A DNA stretch of 64,000 bases, taken from assembly GCA_963804245.1 (NCBI GenBank), contig CAWDPQ010000006.1, forward strand, positions 186,546 to 250,545, written 5' to 3'. Shown here one piece after another: positions 21,601 to 32,162 of the stretch. A program made the translations under genes and the position numbers. The notes below the pieces were generated by a model. It did not search any database. It had not been told where the DNA came from and saw nothing but the letters and a program-made list of their open reading frames with translations. Origin of the DNA: an uncultured Acidobacteriota bacterium (GTDB lineage: Bacteria; Acidobacteriota; Vicinamibacteria; Vicinamibacterales; 2-12-FULL-66-21). Position 1 is the stretch's first letter. Each line of letters opens with the position of its first letter.

Positions 21601-22447
21601 CTAGCGCTTGCTGAGCCTCTCGAGCCCCTGACGGGCGAGGATCGCTTCGATTGTGCCTTCGTGACTCTTGGTGACCGTTTCGTACGCCTTACGCGCCAAA
21701 TCCGCCTGTTTGAGCTGTTCGTAGGTCAGTCCCAGCTTGTACCACGCTGCTGGCACGCTGTTGCTCTGCGGGTAGCCGTTGATCACCTGCTGCAGCGCCG
21801 GCACGGCCTCCTTGAACTTTCCGCCTGCGTACAGGGCATTCCCAATATTCAGCTGCGCGTCGTCGGCGAGCTCTGAGCGCGGCGACGTCTTGATGAACGT
21901 TTCGAAACCGATGACCGCGAGGTCGTACTGGCCCGCCGTGTAGTCGGCAGAATGCGTTGTCGTACAGCTTCTGCGGGGCAATGAGTGGCGGCGGATTGGA
22001 AGGCGTCACCGTACCAGTGGGCGCTGTCCCGGGCGTCGATCCCGCGGCGGGATCCCCGGTCGGCGGTGTCGTCAGCGACGGCTGCGGCTGCGACGTGATC
22101 GCCTGCCGCATCGCTTCGAGCTCCTGATTCATCGTCGAGAGCCGCACGTTGGTATCGTCAGCCTTCTCGCGGAGTACGCGGACGGTGTCGCCGACGCCGT
22201 CGATGAGCAGCTTCTGATCGGCGAAGGTTTTTCGCGTGTTGTTGCCCTGCTCGTCGAGCCGCGTCGTCAGCGTCTTCAAGGCGTCACCGAGGGTGCCGAG
22301 CATCTGATGGATCTGCTGCTGCTGTTCCTGCAGCATGCGCAGCTCCGCCATCAGCTGCTGGTGCTCCTTGTTCGCCGCCGCCGCGCTCGACGGCTGTGCC
22401 AGAACGAGCGCCAGGGCCACGGTGACGATTACGCTTGTGCGTGTCAT
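21601..22447 (-). CDS. cpoB: Cell division coordinator CpoB/YbgF (frameshift near 21950)
   Basis: Signal peptide and coiled coil, then TPRs (ADDAQLNIG, AWYKLG); follows pal. Confidence 0.88.
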
Positions 22448-22463
22448 TTCAACCTCAACCGTC

Positions 22464-23036
22464 CTACTTGCTGGTCACGACGAACTGGGCGCGGCGATTT
22501 TTCGCCCAACCTGCCTCGTTGTGGGCGGGGTCGAACGGAAACTCCTTGCCGTAGCTAACGGTACGCAGTCGGTCGGCCGGCACGCCAAGCGATACGAGAT
22601 ACGTTCGCGTGGCCACCGCCCGTCGCTCGCCCAATGCCAGATTGTACTCGGCCGTGCCGCGCTCGTCTGCGTGCCCTTCGATGGTGATGACCCACGTGCC
22701 GTATTTCTTCATCAACTCCGCATTCGCGTTGAGCGACTGCTGGCCGGCCGAGTCGATCTCCGTGCTGTCGTAGGCGAAGAATACCGGCTGGAATGGGGAG
22801 TTTTTGTTGATTTGATCGATGTCGCGGCTGGCCAGCGAGTCCTCGGCGACCGGCTCCGGTGGAACCGGCGAGGGCTCCGCCACCGGCGTCGGCGGACCCG
22901 GTGTGCCCGCGCCACCAGCCGATGTTCCCGGGGGTGTCGTCGGCCGGGCGACCGGCGGCTTTTTCTTGGAGCAGCCGCTAACGAGCGCGAGCGTGATCGC
23001 CGCGACAATCAGTGCCTGATGTCTGTGCGTCTTCAT
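22464..23036 (-). CDS. pal: Peptidoglycan-associated lipoprotein
   Basis: Lipobox VSGC; EGHADERGTAEYNLALGERRA; SYGKE; NRRA. Confidence 0.96.
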   Translation of the reverse strand: MKTHRHQALIVAAITLALVSGCSKKKPPVARPTTPPGTSAGGAGTPGPPTPVAEPSPVPPEPVAEDSLASRDIDQINKNSPFQPVFFAYDSTEIDSAGQQSLNANAELMKKYGTWVITIEGHADERGTAEYNLALGERRAVATRTYLVSLGVPADRLRTVSYGKEFPFDPAHNEAGWAKNRRAQFVVTSK

Positions 23037-23064
23037 TTCAGTTGCATCTCTCCTGTTGTAGTTC

Positions 23065-24473
23065 TCAGCGAGACCAGTTCGGGTAGCGATTCACGCCCGA
23101 ACTGGTGATCTGCCGCAGATTCAACCCGTCTCGGTCGATCGTATAAATCTGTTCCTTCCCCTTCCGCGTCGATACGAACGCGACGTGCTTGCCGTTCGGC
23201 GAAAATGTCGGGCTCTCGTTGTTGCCAATGTCATCAGTGAGGGTTCGCGACCGCTCTGTTCTGGAAGTCGTAGATTCTGATGGTGTTCCCTGCTCCGGAT
23301 CGCGACGAGTAAGCAATCTCGTTCAAGGGTGCCGGCGACCAGGTCGGGCGATCGCAGTGTGACTCGCCGGTAATCTTCTGCGAGGCCGGTGCCGTCGGCG
23401 TTGACGATATAGATTTGCGGACTGCCGGTGCGATCGGACGTGAAGGCGAGTCTGCGTACCAGTGGGCGACCAGGTCGGTGTGGCGTCAATTGCCGGATGG
23501 TTCGTGACACGCCGCACGTCGCTGCCATCGCGGTTCATCGTGTAGATTTCCGGATTGCCGTCGCGACTCGACGTGAATGCGATCTTGCTGCCGTCTGGTG
23601 ACCAAGCCGGAAGGTAACTCTGCTTCTCCGCTGTACCACGCGTCGGGTTCTGCAGCGGCGGACCACCGTAGGGAAACAGGATGAAGAGATCCTGATAGCC
23701 CGTCCGCCAGGACGAGAACGCGATGGAGCGCACGTCGGGCGACCAGACGGGTGAGATGTCCATCGCTTTCGAGATCGTCACACGTGTCTGCCTGGCCCCG
23801 TCGTAGTCGGCGATGTAGAGGTTCGAGATGCCGCGATCGGCGACGGGCCCCTTGATGCGTTCGCCGTCGCGATCGGACGTGAAGGCGATCTTCGTTCGCG
23901 CCACGCCCTGAGCTCCGCGCTGCTGCAGGTGCACTTCGTCGGAGATCGTATGCGCGTATAAGCGGCTCGCCGCCACTTGGATGGACGTTGGCGATCCGCT
24001 GTATTCCTTGGCCATTGCCGACTGCGCCGCTGTTGACGTTGATCAGCCGGAATCTGCACCGTCACACCGTTGCCGGTTTTCCTCACCGTCCCGATGAGCA
24101 GAGCCGTCGACGCCGATTTCTTTCCAGCGGATCGAGAGGAAGTTTTCGAGCGACGGCGGTCGACGGAACCGTCCGATAAGTGTCCCGCCCAACCATGTAG
24201 AACTCCCGTTCGAAAGTTCAGATCGTCCCAGAGCACTTCGCCGATGGTCTTCGCGGCCGCCACCGTCTCCGCATCATTCGACAGCGCAATGAAATCGGGC
24301 ACGGCAATACGCGGCGGCAGACCGGGCGCGCTATCGATGCGCACGACGACTTCGCTTTGTTGCTGCGGCTGCGCGGGAGGAGGCTGGCCGGCGGTTGCTG
24401 TGCGCCAAGGCCGAAGGAGACCGCGGCAGCAGAGTGCCGCGGCAACTGTCAAGGAGCGATATGCATGCATCAT
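23065..24473 (-). CDS. tolB: TolB (several frameshifts)
   Basis: IAVPDF N-domain and PD40 repeats (PAWSPDG, PTWSP, PTFSPNG) spread over four ORFs. Confidence 0.9.
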
Positions 24474-25255
24474 CGTTTGTAGTTGAAGGCCAAATGGACC
24501 GTCAGATGCGGTTCGGTAAATTGCGCCGGTAGCGGCGGGAAGTTGCCTCGTCATGAGCACGGCGCGCCGAGATTCGAGGTCGAGCATCGCCTGCCCACTT
24601 GGCTTCTCGACCTCGACGAGCGTGAGCATGCCGTCTTGCGAATCGTAAACTTGACCCATACTTCGCCCGACGCTCCTTGATTCAGCATTCCACGACTGCC
24701 TGATCCGCTGGACCATCGTCTGGATGTACTCGGGGCAACAGAAGTTTTGCACGTCGAGCTGAACGCCACCGGTGCCGCCGCCACCCTGTGCGAGGCCACC
24801 GAACGGGATGGCTGCGCCACCTGTCTTGACGCGCGCGTCGCCCGTCTTGATCTCCGCACCTGTGGTCGGCTTGCGCGATGAAGATTTGTCGTTCGGTTTC
24901 TCAATAGGTCTTCGCTTTGGTCGTTGGCTTCACCACGCGGTCCGGTTCGGTCATCTCCGGCACCTTGGGGGCAGGCGGCGCGTCGGGCTCCGGCTTCGCA
25001 TCAGGAGGCGCCACTGCCTGAACCGGACTGATCCGAAATGGATGTCATTCCGCTCAGTTCCGGCCCTTCGGTTCCCCCTATCGAGATCGTCATCAGTAAC
25101 GGGTCGGGTCCCCTTGACGATCGCCAGAGCTCGGGCAACAGCACCAAGGTCGTCAGCAGCGCAACGTGGGCCGTCAGCGACACCGCGAGCATGCGGCTCA
25201 TGCCGTCGGTCACCCGCGCACGCTCGATCAGGATGTCGCTGACCGCTTCGTTCAT
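24470..25255 (-). CDS. TolA/TonB-family energy transducer (frameshifted)
   Basis: TM helix with SxxxH motif, Pro-rich linker, TonB_C-like end (VEKPSG...LTVHLAFNYKR); lies between tolR and tolB. Confidence 0.8.
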
Positions 25256-25280
25256 CTTCTAATACTCACTGCGCTTGGGC

Positions 25281-25745
25281 TTACCTGCGGCGCTCCGCCG
25301 GCTTGGTGGTGATCCCGATCTTCTCGACGCCAGCCTGCTTGAGCTGATCCATGACGTCCATCATGTTCTGCGCCGTCACCGTGGCATCCATGCGGAGGAA
25401 CAGTGATTTGTCCTCCCGCGGCAGAATCGCTTGCTTGACCCGCTCGTGCAAAATGTCGACACGCACGTCGTCGTCGCCGATACGGACGATCCGCGTCTCG
25501 TTGAAGTTCGCCGGAATGGTGACGTAGATCGGCTGCGAGGTGACGGGACTTGCACGCCGTGCCTGCGGCAGATTGACCGTGAGCCCCTGCTGCATCATCG
25601 GCGCGGTCACCATGAAAATGATCAACAGCACTAGCATGACGTCGACGAGCGGGACGACGTTGATCTCCGACAACGACGTGCCGACGTAACTGCCGCGGCC
25701 ACGACGGCCGCCGCCGTTTCCTCCGGTCTGATGAACTTTCGGCAT
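25281..25745 (-). CDS. tolR: TolR/ExbD
   Basis: INVVPLVDVMLVLLIIFMVTAP. Confidence 0.92.
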   Translation of the reverse strand: MPKVHQTGGNGGGRRGRGSYVGTSLSEINVVPLVDVMLVLLIIFMVTAPMMQQGLTVNLPQARRASPVTSQPIYVTIPANFNETRIVRIGDDDVRVDILHERVKQAILPREDKSLFLRMDATVTAQNMMDVMDQLKQAGVEKIGITTKPAERRR

Positions 25746-25749
25746 CGGC

Positions 25750-26535
25750 TTACGTGAAGTTTCGCTCTGAGATGTTGAGGAACTCGAGCGAGAAGTCGTC
25801 CATCTCCGCCGCGAAGAGCTTCACCCGATTCGTGAAGTGATTATAGAAGTAGACCGCAGGGATGGCGGCGAACAGCCCGGCCGCCGTGGCAATCAGCGCT
25901 TCGGCAATGTTGGGACCGACCGATTGGAGACTCGTCGATCCCGAGACGCCAATCGCCTGAAATGCCATCATGATTCCCCACACCGTGCCGAACAGTCCGA
26001 TGAACGGAGTGATGCTCGCCGTCGTTGCGAGAAACGGTACGCGATGTTCCAGCCGGGTGAGCTCCACGGTCGTCGCGCGCAGCAGTGCCCGGTCGACGGC
26101 GTCGAGGCTCTTCAATGTTGGACGTCCGACGACGGCCGTCGGCCGGCCCGCGGCCAGCCGGGCGCTCTCGCTCTCGGGTTTTTCCGTGCGTAACTGCGCA
26201 TTCAGTTCCGCATACCCGGACTGAAAGATGCCGACGAGCGGACTGGCCTGGAGCGTCGGGCAGACGGCTTGCACTTCGGAGAACTTGCTGCTCTTCCTGA
26301 AGACATTGAGGAAGGTCGCGGTCTGACGCTCCGCGCGCCTGTAGATCCATATCTTGTACAGGATGATCGCCCACGAGACCGCCGAGAAGAGCAGCAGGAT
26401 GAGCAGAACGACTTTCGCCAGCGGCGTAGAGTCGGCAAGCAGCGTAACGATGTCGGTTCTTCGGGTGAGCTCGCCGGCCCCAGCGTCCGGCTGACCCGCG
26501 CCCTGCGCCTGAAGCGCAAGCGCGTACAAAGTCAT
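25750..26535 (-). CDS. tolQ: TolQ/ExbB
   Basis: PFIGLFGTVWGI, AEALIATAAGLFAAIPAV; GGAGGA RBS before ATG 26535. Confidence 0.93.
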   Translation of the reverse strand: MTLYALALQAQGAGQPDAGAGELTRRTDIVTLLADSTPLAKVVLLILLLFSAVSWAIILYKIWIYRRAERQTATFLNVFRKSSKFSEVQAVCPTLQASPLVGIFQSGYAELNAQLRTEKPESESARLAAGRPTAVVGRPTLKSLDAVDRALLRATTVELTRLEHRVPFLATTASITPFIGLFGTVWGIMMAFQAIGVSGSTSLQSVGPNIAEALIATAAGLFAAIPAVYFYNHFTNRVKLFAAEMDDFSLEFLNISERNFT

Positions 26536-26572
26536 GCGCAACGTTCCTCCAAGAGACAACTACAGAGCTTGT

Positions 26573-26620
26573 GATCGGGCGACCGCATGATCGGGCGATC
26601 TGATCGCCGGAGATCGATTT
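26573..26620. repeat. Degenerate GATC-containing octamer-like array
   Basis: GATCGGGC GACCGCAT GATCGGGC GATCT GATCGCCG. Confidence 0.45.
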
Positions 26621-26786
26621 CTGCACGTCGCGCCGCTGGGACGGCGCAGATTGCCCTGCAGCGTAACATGAGCCCTGAGCGCTGTCAAACATCTGATAAG
26701 ATGGAACTTGCGTCGCGACAACGGCGCCGTGGCGCAAAGCCGTCTCTCTCGCGATTACAAAAACGAAAAGAACGGATCGACCGAAG

Positions 26787-28541
26787 TTGCTGCGCTTCCT
26801 GAGCATACGGAATCTTGCCGTCATCGATCGGCTCGAGGTCGAGTTCGAGCCCGGTCTCAGCGTCCTCACCGGCGAGACCGGTGCGGGGAAGTCGATCCTC
26901 GTCGGCGCCGTCGGTTTGCTCGCCGGCGGGCGGGCTACGTCCGATCTGGTGCGAACGGGCGAGGAGCTGGCGACGGTCGAAGCGATCTTCGAGAGCGCGC
27001 ACGGTGACGAGCTCATCGTGCGCCGGGAGATCACCGCACAAGGCGGACGGAGCCGCGCCTTCGTCAACGGCGCGTTGACGACTTCTGCGGCACTGCGCGA
27101 GCTCGCGGCACCGCTCGTCGATCTGCACGGACAGCACGAGCATCAGGTGCTTCTCGATCCCACGTCGCACCTCGATCTGCTCGATGCGTTTGCCGCTCTC
27201 ACCGACGCGCGCGAGCCCGTCGCGGAAGCGTTCGCGTTCTGGCAGCAGCTCAAGGCTGAACGCGCCGCACTGTTGACGGGCGAACGGGAGAAGGCCGCGC
27301 GCGCCGAGTTCCTCACGTTCCAGCTCCAGGAGATCGATCGCCTGGCTCCCCGCGCCGGCGAGGACGACGAGCTCGCAGCGGTGCGGCAGGTTCTGGCCAA
27401 TGCGGATCGGCTGCAGCGGCTCTGCGCCGATGCGTACACGTCGCTCTACGAGGGTGACCAGGCGGCATTGCCGGCCCTCGGCACGGTCTGGCGCAAGCTC
27501 GGCGAGCTCGCCGGCATCGATGATCGCTTCCGTCCATATGTGGATGCCCGCGACGGAGTGAAAGCGCAGCTCGAGGATCTCGCGTTCTTCCTCAGGTCAT
27601 ACGCGGAGAGCATCGACGCCTCTCCGGCGCGCCTTCAGGAAGTGGAAGACCGTCTTGCGGTCCTCGATCGTCTGAAGCGCAAGCACGGCGGATCCCTCAG
27701 CGAGGTCCTCGAAAAGGCCGCCAGCCTCAGAGGCGAGCTGGACGCGCTCGAGCACGCCACGGAACGCGCGGCGACGCTCGACGGTGCGGTGGCCGCTGCC
27801 CGCGATTCCTATCTCCGCCTCGCCGAAACGCTCTCCGAGGGACGGCGCTTTGCCGCCGAGCGCTTCTGCCGCACGCTCGAGGAGTCTCTGGGAGAGTTGG
27901 CGATGTCCCGCACGCGGTGCGAAGTGCGATTTGCGGCCGATCGTGGCGAGGCCGGGTGGACCGATCGCGGTCTCGACGCCGCCGAATTCTTCATCTCGCC
28001 AAATGCGGGTGAGGACCTGCGGCCGCTGGCGCGTATTGCCTCCGGGGGCGAGCTCTCGCGGATCATGCTCGCGCTGAAGACCCTCGCGTCCGTCGACGCG
28101 CCGGGCAAAACGCTGATCTTCGACGAAGTCGATGCCGGCATCGGCGGGGCAGTGGCCGACGTCGTCGGCGCCCGGATGCAACGGCTGGCTGGTCGTGTTC
28201 AGGTGCTCTGCATCACGCATCTGCCGCAGATTGCCGCGCACGGTTCCACGCACTATCGCATCGCCAAATCGGTGAAGGCGGGACGCACCATCACCTCGGT
28301 CACGCGCATCAGCGCCGCCGACCGGGAAGAGGAGCTGGCGCGGATGATTGGCGGGGCAGCGGTGTCACCGGCGGTGATGGCCAGTGCTCGTGAGATGCTG
28401 GCTACGCGGGGCGCCGACCTGCGCGCGGCGAGGACGAAGCTGCAGAAAAACCGCGACCAGGGTGGCGAAAGCGAAGGTAAACCGAAAGGCGAAAGCGAAA
28501 CGCGGCGCGGGCGAAAGGTGCAATGGCGCGAAAGTATCTGA
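26787..28541 (+). CDS. recN: DNA repair protein RecN
   Basis: TGETGAGKS, HGQHEHQ, ASGGELSR, FDEVDAGIGG, ITHLPQIA. Confidence 0.97.
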   Translation: MLRFLSIRNLAVIDRLEVEFEPGLSVLTGETGAGKSILVGAVGLLAGGRATSDLVRTGEELATVEAIFESAHGDELIVRREITAQGGRSRAFVNGALTTSAALRELAAPLVDLHGQHEHQVLLDPTSHLDLLDAFAALTDAREPVAEAFAFWQQLKAERAALLTGEREKAARAEFLTFQLQEIDRLAPRAGEDDELAAVRQVLANADRLQRLCADAYTSLYEGDQAALPALGTVWRKLGELAGIDDRFRPYVDARDGVKAQLEDLAFFLRSYAESIDASPARLQEVEDRLAVLDRLKRKHGGSLSEVLEKAASLRGELDALEHATERAATLDGAVAAARDSYLRLAETLSEGRRFAAERFCRTLEESLGELAMSRTRCEVRFAADRGEAGWTDRGLDAAEFFISPNAGEDLRPLARIASGGELSRIMLALKTLASVDAPGKTLIFDEVDAGIGGAVADVVGARMQRLAGRVQVLCITHLPQIAAHGSTHYRIAKSVKAGRTITSVTRISAADREEELARMIGGAAVSPAVMASAREMLATRGADLRAARTKLQKNRDQGGESEGKPKGESETRRGRKVQWRESI

Positions 28542-29872
28542 TCGAGACTCACGGCTGCCAGATGAACGTGCACGACTCCGAGCGCATGGCAGGGTTGCTC
28601 GAGCAGGCTGGCTACGAAGCGACTGCCGACGACCGCGACGCCGACGTCGTCGTCATCAACACGTGCAGCGTGCGGGAACGCGCCGAAGAAAAACTCTTCA
28701 CGCGTCTCGGTGAGCTTCGGCAGATGGGCATCGAGCAAGGCACGCGGCCGGTCGTCGCGGTGACGGGATGCGTCGCGCAGCAGGAAGGTGAGCGGCTGCT
28801 TCAGCGCTCGAAGGCCGTCGACGTCATCGTCGGCACCCAGAGCATGAAGCGACTGCCGATGCTCGTCGGCGCCGCGATTCAGTCCGCGGGGAAGCTCGGT
28901 CCGCAGCTCGATGTCGATCCGATGGGCGATGTCTCGTTTCCACTGGGGATCGCTCGCCGCTTCGATCCGGTGAAGGCCTACGTCACCATCATCGAAGGTT
29001 GCAACGAATTCTGCGCGTTCTGTGTCGTGCCGTACACGCGCGGTCACGAGCGCATGCGGCCGGCGGCGGACATCGTCGCCGAGGCGCGCTATGCCGTGGA
29101 CTCCGGCGCGCGCGAAATCCAGCTGCTCGGGCAGATCGTCAATCACTATCAGGCCCCCGACGACGCGGCCTGCGACTTCGCGGCGCTGCTCGAGCGTTTG
29201 CAGGCGATCGAAGGACTCGCGCGGATCCGATTCGCCAGTCCGCACCCGCGGCATGTCACTCCGCGGATGATCGCCGCCATGCGCGATCTGCCGAAGGTAT
29301 GCCGGCATCTGCATCTGCCCGTGCAATCGGGATCGACGCGCGTCCTCACCGCGATGCGGCGGCGGTACACGCGCGAGCACTACCTGGACCTCGTCGACCG
29401 TCTGCGCGCGGCCATGCCGGACATCGCCTTATCGACCGATATGATCGTCGGCTTCCCGGGGGAGACCGAAGCCGACTTCGACGAGACGCTGTCGCTGACG
29501 GCTGCTGTGGGCTACCACAGCATGTTCTCGTTCAAGTACTCGCCGCGGCCGAACACACTGGCGCTCAAACGGCTGCCAGACGACGTGAGCGAGGAGGAGA
29601 AGACGCGACGCATCGTGGCGCTGCAGACGCTGCAGCGTGAGATGCAGCACGGTCTCTATCGTGAGCACGTCGGCCGCATCGAGGAAGTCCTCGTCGACTC
29701 GCGGAGCCGGCGACGTGAATCGGAGCTCTCGGGACGGACCAGCGGCAACACGGTGGTCAATTTTCCGGGAGAGGCGGAGTGGTTGGGCAAACTGGTGCCG
29801 GTGCGCATCGTGGCGGCGAACCCGAACAGCCTGAAAGGCGAGGCGCTTGACAGCGACGGGGATGCCTCCTAG
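28523..29872 (+). CDS. miaB: tRNA methylthiotransferase MiaB
   Basis: GCQMN, NTCSVRE, CNEFCAFC radical-SAM motif, HLPVQSG, TRAM domain. Confidence 0.96.
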   Translation: MARKYLIETHGCQMNVHDSERMAGLLEQAGYEATADDRDADVVVINTCSVRERAEEKLFTRLGELRQMGIEQGTRPVVAVTGCVAQQEGERLLQRSKAVDVIVGTQSMKRLPMLVGAAIQSAGKLGPQLDVDPMGDVSFPLGIARRFDPVKAYVTIIEGCNEFCAFCVVPYTRGHERMRPAADIVAEARYAVDSGAREIQLLGQIVNHYQAPDDAACDFAALLERLQAIEGLARIRFASPHPRHVTPRMIAAMRDLPKVCRHLHLPVQSGSTRVLTAMRRRYTREHYLDLVDRLRAAMPDIALSTDMIVGFPGETEADFDETLSLTAAVGYHSMFSFKYSPRPNTLALKRLPDDVSEEEKTRRIVALQTLQREMQHGLYREHVGRIEEVLVDSRSRRRESELSGRTSGNTVVNFPGEAEWLGKLVPVRIVAANPNSLKGEALDSDGDAS

Positions 29873-29916
29873 CTTGGACGGGCGCCCGATTCGACGCTCG
29901 ATTGGGAGTTGACGTC

Positions 29917-30402
29917 ATGCAGATCGAGATGACCATCAAGGGGCTGATGATCGACCCCATCACGAACATGCCGATCGTGATCCTCCGTGACAAGGAGGGT
30001 CAGCGCGTGCTGCCGATCTGGGTGGGCGCGTTCGAAGCCAACGCCATCGCCCTGCAGATCGAGAACGTGACGACGCCGCGGCCGATGACGCACGATCTCC
30101 TGAAGAACGTGATCCACGACTTGAAAGCGGATATCCAGAAGATCGTCGTGTCCGATCTGAAGGAGAACACCTTCTACGCTCTGATCTACCTCCGCGTGAA
30201 CGGGGAAGCGGTCGCCGTGGATGCCCGCCCGAGCGACGCCATCGCCCTCGCCCTGAGGGCTCGCGCCCCCATCTTCGTCGAGGACAAAGTCATCGACCAC
30301 GCCCGCTCGGTTGACCTGGCGCCGGAGAAAGGGGACTCCGAACGGCTGCAGAAGTGGCTGGAGAACCTAGACCCGGACGACCTGGGCAAATACAAGATGT
30401 AG
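29917..30402 (+). CDS. Bifunctional nuclease family (DUF151)
   Basis: LPIWVGAFEA, RPMTHDL, DARPSDAIALALR. Confidence 0.93.
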   Translation: MQIEMTIKGLMIDPITNMPIVILRDKEGQRVLPIWVGAFEANAIALQIENVTTPRPMTHDLLKNVIHDLKADIQKIVVSDLKENTFYALIYLRVNGEAVAVDARPSDAIALALRARAPIFVEDKVIDHARSVDLAPEKGDSERLQKWLENLDPDDLGKYKM

Positions 30403-30516
30403 GGTACCCTCCGCGCAACCGCGCGAAATATCGGGCAATTTCGCAGATTTGATCAATTCCGTCATTTTGGCCCTACAATGGCGCCCAACCTACACCGCCG
30501 ATGCCTCGCGATCGCG

Positions 30517-30589
30517 AGGAGCGGAAGCGGGGCGTAGGGGCCCCGCGGAGCGACGCGCTAGGCGGGGTGCAGGAGTCCCCGCCATTCAA
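30517..30589 (+). repeat. REP-like element immediately before parA
   Basis: GCGGGG..GGGGCCCCGC and GGCGGGG..TCCCCGCC hairpins ending in CATTCAA. Confidence 0.65.
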
Positions 30590-30592
30590 TAG

Positions 30593-31348
30593 ATGATTGT
30601 CGCCATCGCAAATCAAAAAGGGGGAGTGGGGAAGACCACGACCGCCATAAACCTGGCAGCCGCCCTGTCCCTTCGCGGAACCCCCACGCTCCTCATCGAT
30701 CTCGATCCCCAGGCGAACAGTTCGATGTCGTATCTCGATGTCGCTTCGGTGTCGCGCAGCGTCTACGACGCGATCTCGGAACCGGACTGCGGCTTCGCCG
30801 ACATCATCGTCCCGTCGACGCAGGCGAACCTGTTCGTGGCGCCCTCGCGGATCGCCCTGGCGAAGCTCGAGTCCAAGCTGATAGGCGAGCTGGACGCGCA
30901 CTTCCGCTTGAAAGACCGACTGGAACCCGTGCGCGAGCAGTACCCGAACATCGTCATCGACTGCCCACCCACACTGGGCCTGTTGACGGTCAACGCCCTG
31001 GTGGCCGCGACGCACCTCCTGATACCCATTCAGTCGTCGTATTTCGCCCTCGAGGGAACCGACGACTTACTGGAAACGATCGAGAAGGTCCGGGCGCGGG
31101 CCAACCCCAGCCTCCGCATCCTGGGGGTCGTCATCACCATGCACGACAAGCGGACGGCGCTGGCGAGGGACATCCGCTCGCAGATCGACAAGGTGTTCGG
31201 CACGAAGGTGTTCAACACCGTCATCACCAAGAGCGTCCGGCTCGAGGAGAGCCCGGCTTACAAGGAATCGATTTTCGCATTTGCGCCGGAATCGAGCGGC
31301 GCCGCCGAGTACTACCGGCTGTGCGAGGAGGTCATGGATCGTGCCTAA
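30593..31348 (+). CDS. parA: ParA/Soj-family ATPase
   Basis: NQKGGVGKTTT, DLDPQAN, IDCPP. Confidence 0.95.
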   Translation: MIVAIANQKGGVGKTTTAINLAAALSLRGTPTLLIDLDPQANSSMSYLDVASVSRSVYDAISEPDCGFADIIVPSTQANLFVAPSRIALAKLESKLIGELDAHFRLKDRLEPVREQYPNIVIDCPPTLGLLTVNALVAATHLLIPIQSSYFALEGTDDLLETIEKVRARANPSLRILGVVITMHDKRTALARDIRSQIDKVFGTKVFNTVITKSVRLEESPAYKESIFAFAPESSGAAEYYRLCEEVMDRA

Positions 31349-32162
31349 GCGAGGTTTGCCGGAGACAGTACGGATGCGCCACGACGAGCACTACGTCGAG
31401 GCCCTTACCAGTTCTGCCGGCGCGCCGATCGGTCGAATGGTGCCCATCGATCAGATCGATCCAAATCCCAACCAACCCCGCCAGGTCATGGGCGACCTGT
31501 CGGAGCTGATGGCGTCAATTGCGGAAAAAGGGATCATCGAGCCCATCGTCGTCCGCCAGCGCGGGAGACGCTTTCAGATCGTCGCCGGCGAACGTCGTTA
31601 CCAGGCCGCGGTGCAGGTCGGCTTGCGCGAGATGCCGATTGTCATCCGCGAAGTGGACGACAACGAGATCATCGAGATCGCCCTCATCGAAAATCTTCAG
31701 CGGAAGGACTTGACGGCGTTCGAAGAATCCGAGGCCCTGCATTCACTGGCGAGCCGCTGCAGTTACACGCACGAGGATATGGCGCGCCGGCTAGGGAAGT
31801 CGCGAACGTCGATTACCGAGTCTCTGTCGTTGAACGGGATGCCGGAAGAGGTCAAAAACCTTTGTCGGCTGGCCGACATTCACTCCAAATCGTTGCTATT
31901 GCAGGTAGTTAGACAGGGAGACCACCAGAAAATGGTGGCTCTGGTCGAGAAAATCGCTCGCGAAGGGGGCGCCACGCGCGAAGCCCTTCGAAAAGAAACA
32001 GCCAAGCCCAAGGCCGGCCGCCCCAAGGCATTCATCTTCAGCTACAAGGCCCCCACCAAAGCATTCAAGCTGCAGCTCCGCTTCACGAAGTCACGCGTCG
32101 AGCGTGACGAGGTCATCTCCGCGCTCGAAGCCATCATTCAGGAACTACGAAACCAGAAGTAA
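31341..32162 (+). CDS. parB: ParB/Spo0J-family CTPase, atypical HTH
   Basis: PNPNQPR, GERRYQA, ENLQR, HTH GKSRTSITESL; GTG start overlaps parA. Confidence 0.93.
   Translation: MPKRGLPETVRMRHDEHYVEALTSSAGAPIGRMVPIDQIDPNPNQPRQVMGDLSELMASIAEKGIIEPIVVRQRGRRFQIVAGERRYQAAVQVGLREMPIVIREVDDNEIIEIALIENLQRKDLTAFEESEALHSLASRCSYTHEDMARRLGKSRTSITESLSLNGMPEEVKNLCRLADIHSKSLLLQVVRQGDHQKMVALVEKIAREGGATREALRKETAKPKAGRPKAFIFSYKAPTKAFKLQLRFTKSRVERDEVISALEAIIQELRNQK
31863..31878. other. Candidate non-canonical parS (16-bp palindrome)
   Basis: TGTCGGC-TG-GCCGACA inside parB; same length and TGT...ACA ends as parS. Confidence 0.45.

Noticed and set aside
26725-26750. GGCGCAAAGCC (and GACGCAAAGCC near 11386) as a c-di-GMP-I riboswitch
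   Set aside because: No upstream GGCAAAC...GAAA stem; the second instance is in coding sequence.
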